Shown: positions 11,970 through 24,779, counted from the stretch's first letter. The stretch is DNA of 64,000 nt from Eledone cirrhosa (GCA_964016885.1 OZ024743.1:64232001-64296000); one strand, 5' to 3'. The notes: generated from the letters alone by a model not told the origin. A program made the numbers and translations.

Positions 11970-13423
11970 TATTTTATTTATTTATTTGTGTTTGATTCGT
12001 GTATTGTCTGAACAAAGGTAAATTGAATGTAGTAAAAAAACAATTTTCTGCCTACATACAAATCTCGGTTATTCTGCCACTTGACATTGGATTTACAGAA
12101 CCATGATTTTTTGGAATGCACTGACCTAACAGAAAAGCAACAGAATTCTATGCCAAATCACGTGATGGTCCTCAACCAATCAAATTCTTTTTTATGTCAT
12201 CTTTGCTAAGCAGAATAATTTTATTCAATGGCATTACAAATTGTCCATAATTCTTTCAGAATGAAAATATAAACACAAATATATACACACATAATAAATA
12301 AAATTAACATATACAACACACCAAAATATACGATCAAAGCGAGAGAAAGAAAAAGAAGGGGAAACAAAAACAAAAACTACCGTCAATTCACCACCAAGTG
12401 CGACAATTGGCCACACACCACAAGGGTCAACAGAAATTGTATCTTAAAAAGATGGGCAGGGCAGCCAGCGCATGGATCCCCATTTGCTTATAACAGTGAG
12501 AGATAGGGAGAGCGAGAGAGACGAAGGCAGTGACTATACCAGCATTGCTGAAGTATTTTGTAGAGTTAAAGGTTAAATGATTTCGTTAAATACCTCATCC
12601 AACTGTTAGTCTGTCTGGTTGTAAAACTAAAGAATTACGAAATACAAAAGGAAGTCTCCACATGGTCACACAATTTGCTAGAAATAACAACAGGCAACAA
12701 AAAAGAAACATACGCACCATATGATTCACACTTCATCTTTATTGCTCGTTATTCATTAGTTCGTCAAAATTTTATCGTCACACCTTCTGTGACCTCCTCG
12801 ATGACTAACTGTTCTTTTTTGTGCTTCCCCTTCTTTCTGGTCTTAAACTTTTACTCCATGGAGTTGAATAACGAACAATAAAGACAATGTAGAAATCATG
12901 TAGAAATCATAAGGTGCGTGTGTTTCTTTTTAATTTGAGCTGTCATATCCATAAAACAAGAGAATTTTCAAACTCCAATCAGACGCGACAGTTACGGAAA
13001 AGATCCACATTTTTACTTCTTGCTTAACTTTTGAAAATCGTCAAAGATCATGAAACCGGTAAAGTAACTGAAAATAATATGAAAAGCTTCAAGTAAATAT
13101 TCAATTTCTTTTCTTTATATCTCTAACCGTGTGAAATAAATAAAAACTTTCTTTCCTTCATTAGAAGATAGAATGAGAAATAAAAGAAGAAATAGATACA
13201 AGAGTGTGAGAAAATGAAGAAACAGAAACAAATTTTTGTAGACAGACAAAACACTTTTGCATTCAGTCAGCCATTTTGGGGATATCTCCCTCTCTGTTAC
13301 GATTGGGAATACATGGATGAGGAAAGCATGATCCAAAGAGGAATAGACGGCGTGCTGTGACCAGCGGCGCTGAATGGACGCCTGACAGACTGGTCGGTCA
13401 AGGTGATCAAGGTGATATATATA

Positions 13424-13550
13424 TATTAAAATAACAGATCAAAGTTTAAGCAAAGAATCGCTGCTTTCACCCTTAACGGGATCTTCTGAAGATCCCGTTA
13501 AGGGTGAAAGCAGCGATTCTTTGCTTAAACTTTGATCTGTTATTTTAATA
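13424..13550. repeat. Perfect 63-bp-arm palindrome with 1-nt centre next to (TA)n; arm sequence also at 8845-8910, 9085-9150, 15048-15110
   Basis: ...GGGATCTTC t GAAGATCCC... Confidence 0.92.
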
Positions 13551-13652
13551 AATATTTGGTCTACGGTTCTTATGTATTTGATATATATTTATCCTCTTTG
13601 GATTTTAGTCTCAAAATTTATTATTATTACTACATATATATATTGTCAACGA

Positions 13653-13710
<58 letters not shown>

Positions 13711-13864
13711 TCGTTGACAAATATATCAATGTGCCCAGACACGCAGATATATTGCCCTTGGTATGACAGTGTGGTTTTAGCTCAATGTAGGATAACTGGT
13801 ATACTACAGAGCCGTTATAGGTTTAGGAATAACCAAACAGTGCTTAGAAATACATTGTTTTATT

Positions 13865-13911
13865 AGCTAACAGTGTTTCATCCGTACCCTAAGGCAGGAA
13901 TCATCAGAGCC
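13865..13911 (-). ncRNA. Type-I hammerhead motif (partly degenerate) in a ~1.3-kb TA-flanked element (13708-14987)
   Basis: minus: GGCT-CTGATGA-ttcc.tgccttagggta.cggat-GAAAC-act-GTT-AGCT. Confidence 0.55.
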
Positions 13912-14982
13912 TATAAACAAGAGTATATCAATAGTTGCATGCTCCATCAAGGTTAAAGGACCAGCAGGGGGGTCCTGAGGCCAGCGCTATGTAGAAAAAG
14001 ACACAATACATGACGCATATAATATCATAAAATGTCATAAAAAATTACATCAAAGATCACATCAAAAATGTATCACTTACATGGTGCAATAGATGATAAG
14101 GAGGTTGGGAGAGGGTAGCAAGGAATGAGTGAAGGTGTTACTAAGCATGATCAAAAACAATAAAAAACACAGAAACAAAAAAAAAAAAAATAAATAACAA
14201 AGCAAAGCATAGATACATCAAAGCACAAGCAGTGTAAATACAGGATGTACAGGCAGATTAAGAGAGCTTGCAAGTATGAGTCTGTGAGAAGGATAGTTGG
14301 TTAGCGGTGGTGCAGCTTTACATGTAGGATTGCCTATAGGAAGGTTATATCGCCTTGTAACAGGTTGATCCTCCGTATCTTATCAGCACCCTACGGTCAA
14401 CATCCATTGGTTCCAGTTCCGATTTTCGATTTTAAATTGTAATTTTTAGTTCTAATTTCACTTATAACTTCCAATATGAAACTATGATACATATAATTAA
14501 AAATATATACTCTTAGGGGTTGATGGACAGTTATTAGTGAGAGGTAGTATAGAGACCTGTAAATACTAACACTCTCCCATCCCCACTGGCTTTCGGCTGA
14601 CTGCCACAGATGGGATGGGTGGCAGTAAACTATGGTGCCGGCTTGAATGGGTCATTGTCTGGCTGAGAGAGGGAACTGACCAAGCGAATTTCGTTTAAAT
14701 CTGCGGTAACTAATGGTCAACTTCCCCCTGGAACTGCGCCTGCGCAGACCAGTGGGGGTGAATTGGTACTCACAGAAGAACGGATGAAGAACCCAAAAGC
14801 ACATACTTCGTCCGTTCCCATGTCGATTCAATTTGGATTGCCTCGGAAACATAACCTTATTATGTAACAAGCTGTCTGACGATGTCACGAGACTGGCGCA
14901 CGGAACAGTGCGGCCACTTTCGCCATTGAAATATATATCACAGCATTATTATTGAACATCTGAAACTACTTCGCTTTTCCTT

Positions 14983-15049
<67 letters not shown>

Positions 15050-15054
<5 letters not shown>

Positions 15055-15172
15055 TAACAGATTAAAGTTCAAGCAACGAATCGCTGCTTTCACCCTTAAC
15101 GAGATCTTCTGAAACTAAAATTTAAAAAATCAATCTGTGAACGCAGAAGTAAATATTTCGAAAAACGTTACA

Positions 15173-15260
<88 letters not shown>

Positions 15261-15740
15261 TATATATAAATATATACACACATCACACATACACAGCTAT
15301 GTCATAATGTTGTAATGCAGACAGCCAGGCATACAGACAGATATTATAAGGGCGCAACGTTATATATATGTATCTATCTAAAAAGAGAAAGACTAAGAGA
15401 GAGAGAGGGAGATCGCTAAATCGCCTAATGCGGTTCCAAGGGCATTGAAAATTTGAAATGTTTTTTTGCTCAGAACACTCACATGACCATACGTATTACA
15501 TGTGTAAAGTTTGAAAACAATCGGTTGGGTGGTTCTCGAGGTTTAGTAATTGGACAGACAGACAGACAGGCATTCTCTGTTTTAGATATATACTAGCAGA
15601 ATGGCCCGGCGTTGCTCGGGATTTGCTCTAGGGTTCTTATATATTTGATATATATTTATCCTTCGCGAGCCTCGTGAAGTAAATACGTTTGTTTATATTT
15701 TGTTATTGTGTATGCAAAAATATCTGTACACGAATATATA
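15050..15740 (-). mobile_element. Helitron copies with head-to-tail junction at 15585-15596
   Basis: minus strand reads hairpin-CTAG-TATATA-TC-TAAAACAGAGAATG: a 3' end directly followed by a 5' start of the same family as 8400-10132. Confidence 0.65.
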
Positions 15741-15922
15741 AATAACAGTACAGAGAAGTACGGAATACCTCGGCCTCGGGTTGGTGTCTACATTTTGTGC
15801 TTATAAAAAAAATTCGTCGTACAGTACCAGGGGGTTTTTCCGTTCGAAGAAAATCAATACTTTTTCACGAAATAAATACTTTTGTTGATATGTGTATGAA
15901 AAAATATCTGTACACGAATATG

Positions 15923-16031
<109 letters not shown>

Positions 16032-16624
16032 ATATATATATATAAGTATATATACGTACATACATATATGTATACAGACGTACAGTAGTATCTATATACA
16101 TACATACATGCACACACATATGTATGTACGTATGGGTTTACCGAATATTTATTATAATGCTCGGTTTGTTTGTAAACAAACACCCCGAATTATTAGCCGT
16201 ACAGTGTTCGGTAAACCCATACGTACATATATGTCTGTGTGTGTGCATGTATGTATATACATACTACTGTACGTCTGTATACATATATGTATGTACGTAT
16301 ACATACTTATATTTAAGTATCAGCCGTATTAAGAGTGAGAAATGAAATTTCATTTTTTCCATTTATCGTTTTCGGTACACCCGGCCGACTAACTCACTCG
16401 ATATACAAATTAGGCTGCTCAGCCGTTAATATACATAAGGAAAGTATATACTTTCAAACGTTCAATCGACTGACAGGAAGGTATACGGTGGTGATGACGG
16501 CTAATAAGCTACAAACTAATTCATAGTCCATCGAAATTCCGTCGAAACGGCTTGAGCTCTGCCGTCGGGGTCATACATTTTCCTATATATATACGAATGT
16601 ATATATAGCAAACAGGGGGAGATA

Positions 16625-16669
16625 AGCTGACAGAGCTCTGTTTCGTACTTGTTGGTACTTATCAAAGCT
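16625..16669 (-). ncRNA. Minimal type-I hammerhead ribozyme, U3-A8 variant
   Basis: minus: AGCT-TTGATAA-GTAC.caacaa.GTAC-GAAAC-AGAGCTCT-GTC-AGCT; all three stems pair, palindromic stem III, GUC site. Confidence 0.82.
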
Positions 16670-16869
16670 AAGCACTCCTCCTGTTTTGCTGAAAATTACG
16701 AATGCTGGATTCTTATAAAATTGTCAGCTTATCTCCCCTTGTTTACTGAAAATAGAAGTAAGTGACATAGTCACTACTTTAAAACAATAGCGTAAGGTCT
16801 TCAAAATGCTTTTAATTAAGCATACAGTGTATTGCAAAATACACTATATATACATTCATATATATATCG

Positions 16870-18680
16870 AGGTGCATCTGGGAGTGGTAACTAATCTCTC
16901 TGAGGCTGAGGTCACAAGAACAGTTAAAGAGCTCAAATGTGGCAAGGCCACTGTGGAAGATGAAATCTAGCCCGAAATATTAAAAACCTTATATAAAGAA
17001 GGTCTTCTCTGGCTGACTCGTGTGTGCTGGGTGGCCTAGATCTCTGGAAAGGCACCTACCCAATGGCAAAAAGGGACACAAGAGAGATTGTTCCAATTAC
17101 AGAGGTATCTCCTTGTTAAATCTCCCCGATAAAGTCTATAATACGTGTCTGGCAAAGAGATGCAGGGAGATGGTCGAGTCCAAGCTAGCTGATGAACAGT
17201 ATGGTTTTCACCCTGGACGACCAAATATTCACACTACGACAGGTCTTCGAGAAATCATGAGAGTATTGCCAAAAGGTATATGCTTATTTTGTGGACCTTG
17301 AAAAGGCATATGACCACGTTCTTCGGAACCTGCTGTGGAAGATTGTGCAGGAGTATGGGATTGATGGTCAGCTTCTTACTGCTTTGATGTATCTACATGA
17401 ATACCCGAGTACTTGTGTTCGGATAAATGGTGCTAAATCGAAGCCATTCAATCTGGGAGTTAGAATATGCCAAGGGTGCGCACTGTCACTTCTCCTGTTC
17501 ATTATTTACATGAACAGCATAGTTACCTCCCTTTACGGTCTGAGTTCAAATCCCGTCGAGGTTAACTTTGCCTTTCATCCTTACGGGGTCGATAAAATAA
17601 AGTACCAGTCACGCACTGGGGTCGATTTAATCGACTTTCTCTTTCCCCAAAATTGCTGGCCTTGTGCCTATATAAGAAACCATTATTTACATGAACAGCA
17701 TAGTTAACGCCCTTTACGGTCTGAGTTCAAATTCCGTCGAGGTAAACTTTGCCTTTCATGTTTACGGAGTCGATAAAATAAAGTACCAGTAATGTACTAG
17801 GTATTTGCTGGTAATGTGCCAAAAGTAGAAACAATTATTACATGAACAGGATTGGCATATGCAGCCGGGCTGGAAGTGCTATCATGACTGGCAAGTATTA
17901 AATCAGTCGGCTGGAATTTGCAGACGACTTAACTCGACAGAAGATCTCCGACTTGCACTTGATAGGTTTGATGCCGAGTGCTGCCTGGTTAGAATGAAAA
18001 TCAGTGCTGCGAAAACTGAGACACTCTTCTTCTCAAGGAAGCCTGCGCAGTGCATTCTACATCGAAATGGAGTTCCACTGAAGCAGGTGAAGAAGTACAA
18101 GTATCTCGGGGCCATGTTCACAAGTGATGGAAGGCAGGAAGCTGAATTAAATGCAAGAATTTCAGGAGCTGGTATAGTAATGCGCCAACTTCAGCATTCG
18201 GTAATCAGAAGAAAGGAGGTAGGCTTAAAATCCAAACTCGCTATCTTCAATTCAATATTCGTGACAAATCTTACCTATGATTATGAATCTTGGCTAAAGT
18301 CCGAAAGAATACGAAAGCCGCTGAAACGGGGTTCCCCCGAAGGGTCTTTGGAGTAGCGTTACTCGATAGAGTGCGTAGTTCATAGATCAGAGAATAGCTC
18401 CAAGTAGAACCATTAATTCTCCGAAATGAGAGATCACATCTCCGATACTATGGACATGTGGTTAGAATGTCTCAGGAAAGAATCGCACGACAGATTTTAC
18501 GGGCAAAACCAACCAGTAGGAAACCAAGGGGTTGATCCCGAGCAAGATGGTTGGATAACATCCATGAGGTTGGCTGATCTTGCTTGGGGATCCAGCCGAA
18601 TCAGTTGGAGATGGTTGTTTCTGATAGAACCCGCTGGAAAGAGTGTGTGAGGACTCTGCCCCCACGACCCTCTCATGAAA
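16870..18680 (+). mobile_element. RTE-clade LINE, RT region to 3' end, degenerate, interrupted by two SINEs
   Basis: NYRGISLL, EQYGF.PGR, FVDLEKAYD.V.R, GVRQGCALS-like, KYLG..F..DG motifs with frameshifts. Confidence 0.88.
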
Positions 18681-19047
18681 AAGTGGGCGAATTTCTAAAA
18701 ATCTCAAAATTTTCATTAGAACATTTTCCAAACATTTCACCAAAACATTCCATTAAAACCAAATAACGAAACGAAATTAAATTTCGTTTCGTTTGTAACT
18801 CACTTTTGTATGACTGACGCTTAAACAATTAAGTTAAAAATGTACATCCACATATGTATACTGAAATACTAGTATGCATATGAATACACACACGTGTACA
18901 TATGTAGATGTACCGAGTTTTTCACTGGACACTTTACTGTGAGTGTCCAGCTATTCTGTATGTAAACACACAGACAAACCGGTTTTTAGAGTCATACTGG
19001 TTTTCGAGGAAACACCTTTCCTCTATTCTTCAGAAAGCCAGACAAGG

Positions 19048-19092
19048 AATATTGGACTAGTTTCGATGTTGTTACATCTCATCAGCAATATT
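19048..19092 (-). ncRNA. Canonical minimal type-I hammerhead ribozyme (inverted copy)
   Basis: exact reverse complement of 19582-19626. Confidence 0.88.
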
Positions 19093-19581
19093 TACCTATC
19101 TTCCGGCCTTTCTAGAGAATCGTAAAAGCACATATCGTTATATGCTTTTTCTATGAAAATTAGTAGTGGGCAGACTAGAGAATAGAGGAAAGGTGTTTCC
19201 TCGAAAACCAGTATGACTCTAAAAACCGGTTTGTCTGTGTGTTTACATACAGAATAGCTGGACACTCACAGTAAAGTGTCCAGTGAAAAACTCGGTACAT
19301 CTACATATGTACACGTGTGTGTATTCATATACATACTAGTATTTCAGTATACATATGTGGATGTACATTTTTAACTTAATTGTTTAAGCGTCAGTCATAC
19401 AAAAGTGAGTTACAAACGAAACGAAATTTAATTTCGTTTCGTTATTTGTTTTTATCGTCTCCGCTGAACCGGTACGTACTCACGCTCTATGCAAATTAGT
19501 CTGCCCACTACTAATTTTCATAGAAAAAGCATATAACGATATGTGCTTTTACGATTCTCTAGAAAGGCCGGAAGATAGGTA

Positions 19582-19626
19582 AATATTGCTGATGAGATGT
19601 AACAACATCGAAACTAGTCCAATATT
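19582..19626 (+). ncRNA. Canonical minimal type-I hammerhead ribozyme
   Basis: AATATTG-CTGATGA-GATGT.aaca.ACATC-GAAAC-ta-GTC-CAATATT: 7-bp stem I, 5-bp stem II, minimal palindromic stem III (ACTAGT), GUC site. Confidence 0.9.
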
Positions 19627-20612
19627 CCTTGTCTGGCTTTCTGAAGAATAGAGGAAAGGTGTTTCCTCGAAAACCAGTATGACTCTAAAAACCGGTTTGT
19701 CTGTGTGTTTACATACAGAATAGCTGGACACTCACAGTAAAGTGTCCAGTGAAAAACTCGGTACATCTACATATGTACACGTGTGTGTATTCATATGCAT
19801 ACTAGTATTTCAGTATACATATGTGGATGTACATTTTTAACTTAATTATTCCATTAAAAATTTCATAAAAAATTTCATTAAAATTGTTCTCAAAAATTTC
19901 ATTAAATAATTCCCCCACAATTCCTCTCACATTTCATCAAATATCTTCCGTCAAATTTCCTCATATGTTTCAACTAATACTTCATTTAAAAATTCCTCAA
20001 AATTTTTCTTCAACACTTTCATTAAAAAATTCCTGAAAAATTCTATGAAAAATTTCCAAAAATATTTCACTAAATCTTTTACCAAAACTGTCTTTAAGAT
20101 TCAATTAAAAGTTCATTAAAATTCGATTTGAAAATTTGTAAATTTCAAAAAAAAAAAAAAAAGATGTTCTAAAAATAATTTTCGAAACTTCCATAGAAAC
20201 CTTTATAAAAAATATTCTCAAAAACGTTCATTCAAAATTTCCCTAAAATTTCATCCAAAATTTTCAAAAGACTTTCACCAATAATTTTCTCGAAAATTCA
20301 ATTAAATGTTTTATCAAAATTTTATTTTAAAATTTGTCAAAAATTTCATATAACATTTTATCAAATCAAACAATACCGTCTTTAAAAGGACAAGGATACG
20401 ATGAATATTGTAATCATAAATACACGATGTCCGTATCCCCCCGCCGAAGAACTCGATAATGCCCCTTTGGACATGTGTCTGCTCTTTAAGGGTGTGTATG
20501 AGTATATGATTATAAACGCGCAAACATACATTTACAAAAATAAGTCGCTCAAATTTATATATAGATTGTACACACAAGTGTAGTGAATGTTAGACGCTGT
20601 TTTCTGTAGTTT

Positions 20613-20774
20613 GGCATCACCCCTTCCTTTCTCAATCATCTCTAGTGTGTGACGTCATCACCCCTTCCTTCCTCAATCCTCTCTAGTGCGTGACGGCATC
20701 ACTCCTTCCTTCTTCAATCATCTCTAATGTGTGATGTCATCACCCCTTCCTTGCTCAGTCATCTCTGGTGTGTG
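20613..20774. repeat. ~41-bp tandem repeat, ~4 copies
   Basis: CATCACCCCTTCCTTCCTCAATCATCTCTAGTGTGTGACG units, between two AAGTCGCTCAA.TTTATATATA motifs. Confidence 0.8.
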
Positions 20775-20829
20775 CCGGAAGGACGGACGGAAGTCGCTCA
20801 ACTTTATATATATGATGTGATGGACTCTC

Positions 20830-21530
20830 TTGTCGATTCGACGTACGAGGGTTCAATAGTCTTTTGAGTTCATTGGTTTATGTTTATGCCTCAAATGGCT
20901 CTTCAATCCAGTTGCTGATTTGCATATCAATCCATATTCGGTGCAGGTGACAGGATCTCAAACAGCGGGGGTTGGAATACCTGAAAGGAATTTGGTGTTG
21001 ATCTTATCTCACAGAAGTGGGCTAAACGAGATTTCTCAAAGTTCTTTATACCTTCGTGACAGACAGTTCTCCATTTTTTTACGGTTGGTAGTCGTGGCTG
21101 CTTCAAACGAAGAAAGAGGTACGTTGACAGACTTAAGATTGTACTTCAGTTTGTCTTTATATCAGAGCAGTGGCCTGCCCACACTATGCGCACCATCCTG
21201 GAGCTGACTGTACGACATCCGTAGGATGCATCGGATATGACTCAATCGGATATGATTCATTTCCACCAATGTTGCACCTTGCGAACAGTTCAGCATTGGA
21301 GACTCTTTCAGAAAGTGCATTTCCACAGACAGAACGAAGCCAGCGTTTGTGGAAGACAACAAACTTATGAATGTGAGTGCGGTAAAGTGTCCATGACTCT
21401 GAGCCGTATAAGAATGTTGTCAGTTTCACTGGACGACAATCTACAAATCTTGTTTTCAGGGATATACCTCTGACACTCCATAGGCGGTGATGAAGTTTAC
21501 CAATAGCATCAGTTGCCTTGGATTTGCGGT
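20830..21530 (-). mobile_element. Degenerate RTE LINE 3' fragment
   Basis: FLYGSESWTLYR...FHKRWLRS motif. Confidence 0.65.
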
Positions 21531-21559
21531 TAACAATCTTATTATCCAGGGATATAATA

Positions 21560-21935
21560 TATAATTGTTTCTACTTTTGGCACAAGGCCAGCAATTATCC
21601 AGTACATTACTGGTGCTTTATTCTATCGACCTCGTAAGAATGAAACGCAAAGTTAACCTCGGCGGGATTTGAACTCAGTCCGTAAAGGGACGTAACTGTG
21701 CTGCAAAGCATGGCGTCCGATCCTCTACCGATACTGCCAATCTACCATTAGGATTGGCAGTATCGGTAGAGGGTCGGACGCTATGCTTTGCAGCAAAGAG
21801 TTACTGCCCTTTATGGTCTGAGTTCAAATCCCGCCGAGGTTAACTTTGCCTTTCATCCTTACAGGGTCGATAAAATAAAGTACCAGTAATAGACTGGGAT
21901 AATTGTTGGCCTTGTGCCAGAAGTAGAAACAATTA
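21560..21935. mobile_element. Head-to-head pair of tRNA-SINEs forming an inverted repeat
   Basis: 21560-21745 (-) abuts 21751-21935 (+). Confidence 0.85.
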
Positions 21936-21994
21936 TATATAAGTATATAGAATGTATATAAGTATATATATAATGTATATAAAATGTATTATAT

Positions 21995-22447
21995 TCTAAA
22001 CTGAAAAGGAATTTCTCCAGAGCTGCTGCGGAATCTGTGCTTGTTTATAGCTCTGTCACTTGGACGCTAACGTCGAAACTGGAGAAAAAGCTAGACGGGG
22101 CATACACACGTATGCTCCGTGCTGCTTTAAACGTGTCTTGGAGGGAACACCCAATAAATAAGGATCTCTATGGCAATATACCACCTATCAGCAGGTCAAT
22201 ACGTGGACAGAGACTCAAATGTGCTGGCCACTGTTGGCGCAGCAAGGAAGAAATAGCAGGTGATGTGTTGTTATGGAGTCCATCTCATGGAGCAAGAAAC
22301 GCTGGTCGTCCCAAGAAGACATACGTCAAGCAACTTGAGGACGATACTGGATGCGCTGCGGAAGAACTGGCAAACGCTATGAGAGACAGAGATGGATGGA
22401 GGAAACGTGTCGTAGAAAGCCGAGCAAGCTCGACCTGATGATGATGA
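21995..22447 (+). mobile_element. RTE-like LINE 3' end with (TGA)n tail
   Basis: ORF 22037-22438: YSSVTWTLT...DGAYTRMLRAALNVSW...AGHCWRS...GRPKKTY. Confidence 0.82.
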
Positions 22448-22609
22448 TATTCTATACGGATTATTGAGGTAGAATCAACATGACAATTGACATTGTGTTT
22501 GACAAGACCGGGCAGGAATCAGTTTCAATATGTTGATAAGTTGTTTAGTTTTAAAAAAAATATCACATTATCCACATGACAGGTGCAATGTTCCGAACAT
22601 GGAAGAGCC

Positions 22610-22950
22610 GAACTCCCACTGTCATCGTCTCCATCTCTCTCGCCCTCTCCATCTCCCTGTATGGTGAGCAAATTGGGTCCCACGAGCTGGCCTCCCCACA
22701 GCCCCAGTGGACAGAATGGAGAAGGCTTTTCCCCGGAGGATGGTAAGGAAGATGCGCTGGAAGTGTGATACCATCTTGCAAGGCTCACACCTGCGGCTGG
22801 CCAGCTCAGCACCTATGGTGGAGAGTAGGGAGGTAGCCCTATGGCCAAGGACACCAGAAGTCTCCACTGCCAAAGGCACGACTGCAAACCTGTCGGGGAG
22901 CGACTGGTACTTGGAGAGTTTGCCCTCCTCAATTGACTTTACAAATGCGT
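22610..22950 (-). mobile_element. CRE-type (restriction-like endonuclease) non-LTR retrotransposon 3' fragment
   Basis: PLAVETSGVLG...FQRIFLTILRGKAFSILST matches the 'P.AVET.G..G...QRLS.AI.RGNA..IL.T' C-terminus. Confidence 0.7.
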
Positions 22951-23380
22951 AAATAACATAAATTGCTCACAATCCTTTCAGAAGAACATTACTAATATAA
23001 TTGTTTCTACTTTTGGCACAAGGCCAGCAATTAGCCCAGTAAATTACTGGTACTTTATTTTATCGACCTCGTAAGGATGAAAGGCAAAGTTAACCTTGGC
23101 GGGATTTGAACTTGGAACATAAAGCGCCGTAACTCTTTGCTGCAAAGCATGGCGTCCGACCCTCTACCAATACTGCCAATCCACCCAAGCGTTGATACAC
23201 ACAAATATTGACTTTCGTATTGTACTTCAGTCACAATGATTTGAGAAGACATTTATTAACATATTCAATATACAACATTTCTTCTTCTTCTTCTTCTTCT
23301 TCTTCTTCTTCTTCTTCTTCTTCTTGTCGTGGAGGATCATCATCGTGTTCTCGCAACTAGTCCATCCTGTCGTTGGGGTT

Positions 23381-24283
23381 CCACACTAGATGTGCCACTG
23401 GTACAGTCAGTCTTTAGAGTTCCACACTAGATGTGCCACTGGTACAGCCAGTCTTTAGGGTGTCAAATTAGATGTGCCATTGGTCTTTAAGGTGTCACAC
23501 TAGATGTGCCACTAATCTTTAGGGTGCCACACTAGATGTGCCACTAGTCTTTATAGTGTCACATTAGATGTGTCACTAGTATTTAGGGTACCATACTAGA
23601 TGTGCCACTAGTCTTTATAGTGTCACACTAGATGTGCCACAAGTATTTAGGGTACCACACTAGATGTGCCACTAGTCTTTATGGTATCACACTAGATGTG
23701 CCACTAGTATTTAGGGTACGACACTAGATGTGCCACTAGTCTTTATAGTATCACACTAGATGCGGCCACTAGTATTTAGGGTACCACACTAGATGTGCCA
23801 CTAGTCTTTATAGTATCACACTAGATGTGCCACTAGTATTTAGGGTGCCACACTAGATGTGCCACTAGTCTTTATGGTATCACACTAGATGCGGCCACTA
23901 GTATTTAGGGTACCCCACTAGATGTGCCACTAGTCTTTATGGTGTCACACTAGATGTGCCACTAGTATTTAGGGTACGACACTAGATGTGCCACTAGCCT
24001 TTATGGTGTCACACTAGATGTGCCACTAGTATTTAGGGTACGACACTAGATGTGCCACTAGTCTTTATAGTATCACACTAGATGCGGCCACTAGTATTTA
24101 GGGTACCACACTAGATGTGCCACTAGTCTTTATGGTGTCACACTAGATGTGCCACTAGTATTTAGGGTACCACACTAGATGTGCCACTAGCCTTTATGGT
24201 GTCACACTAGATGTGCCACTAGTATTTAGGGTACCATACTAGATGTGCCACTGGTGCAATCAGACTTTAGGGTGCCACTCTAG
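23381..24283. repeat. 32-bp minisatellite (~27 units) with alternating A/B variants (64-bp higher-order repeat)
   Basis: CACACTAGATGTGCCACTAG + TATTTAGGGTAC or TCTTTATGGTGT, alternating. Confidence 0.95.
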
Positions 24284-24779
24284 ACTCTTTTGCAGTCAGT
24301 CGTCGTACTTGTCTCTATTTTTCGACATGCAAGAAGAAGAAGAAGAAGAAAACTTGTGGTGCAAGGGAGGTAAATAATGTGTTACTTAACATCGAAAAAT
24401 AAAAATATTATGAATAATATTTTTCTCAGTGAATCTTACACATGTACTGAGAGAGAGAGAGAGATAGTGTATCTTTTAAGTATAAAGGTGTAACATTGAA
24501 AAAATGTGGAGGGTGGGGCAATGCCCTCCAGTGTCACCCACCCCTCCTGACGACAGTTCCAGAGAGAGATGGGAGAGCGAAAGAAGGAGAGATGAGAGAG
24601 AAATAGAGAACCGGAGAGGAGTAGAATCAAGGGAAAATAAAAGGAGAGAGAAAGGGAGGGGGAAAGGAGTGGGGTCAAGAGAAAGAGAGAGAAGAGAGAA
24701 CGTGTGTATGTGGGGAGGGGGAGGGAGAAAGAAAGAGAGAGACGGAGGGAGGGTGCACTTGTCAATTTCATGTAATTAA

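Larger units (their letters stand above)
18762..19847. mobile_element. Penelope-type pLTR cluster: one inverted and two direct partial copies of a ~420-bp unit carrying a hammerhead
   Basis: 18762-19175 is the reverse complement of 19178-19447 and 19495-19847; an identical 60-aa pseudo-ORF occurs on both strands in the track. Confidence 0.8.

Noticed and set aside
12950-13410. Possible promoter or exon (CCAAT, CpG patch, CG|gtaaag)
   Set aside because: No downstream coding exon could be identified
13486-13520. CTGAAGA-tccc.gttaa.gggt-GAAA hammerhead-like core
   Set aside because: CTGAAGA is created by the palindrome junction (other copies read CAGAAGA), and stems I and III do not pair
23381-24283. 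CRISPR-like regular array
   Set aside because: The 12-nt variable parts alternate between two variants rather than being unique spacers; no cas genes; eukaryotic context
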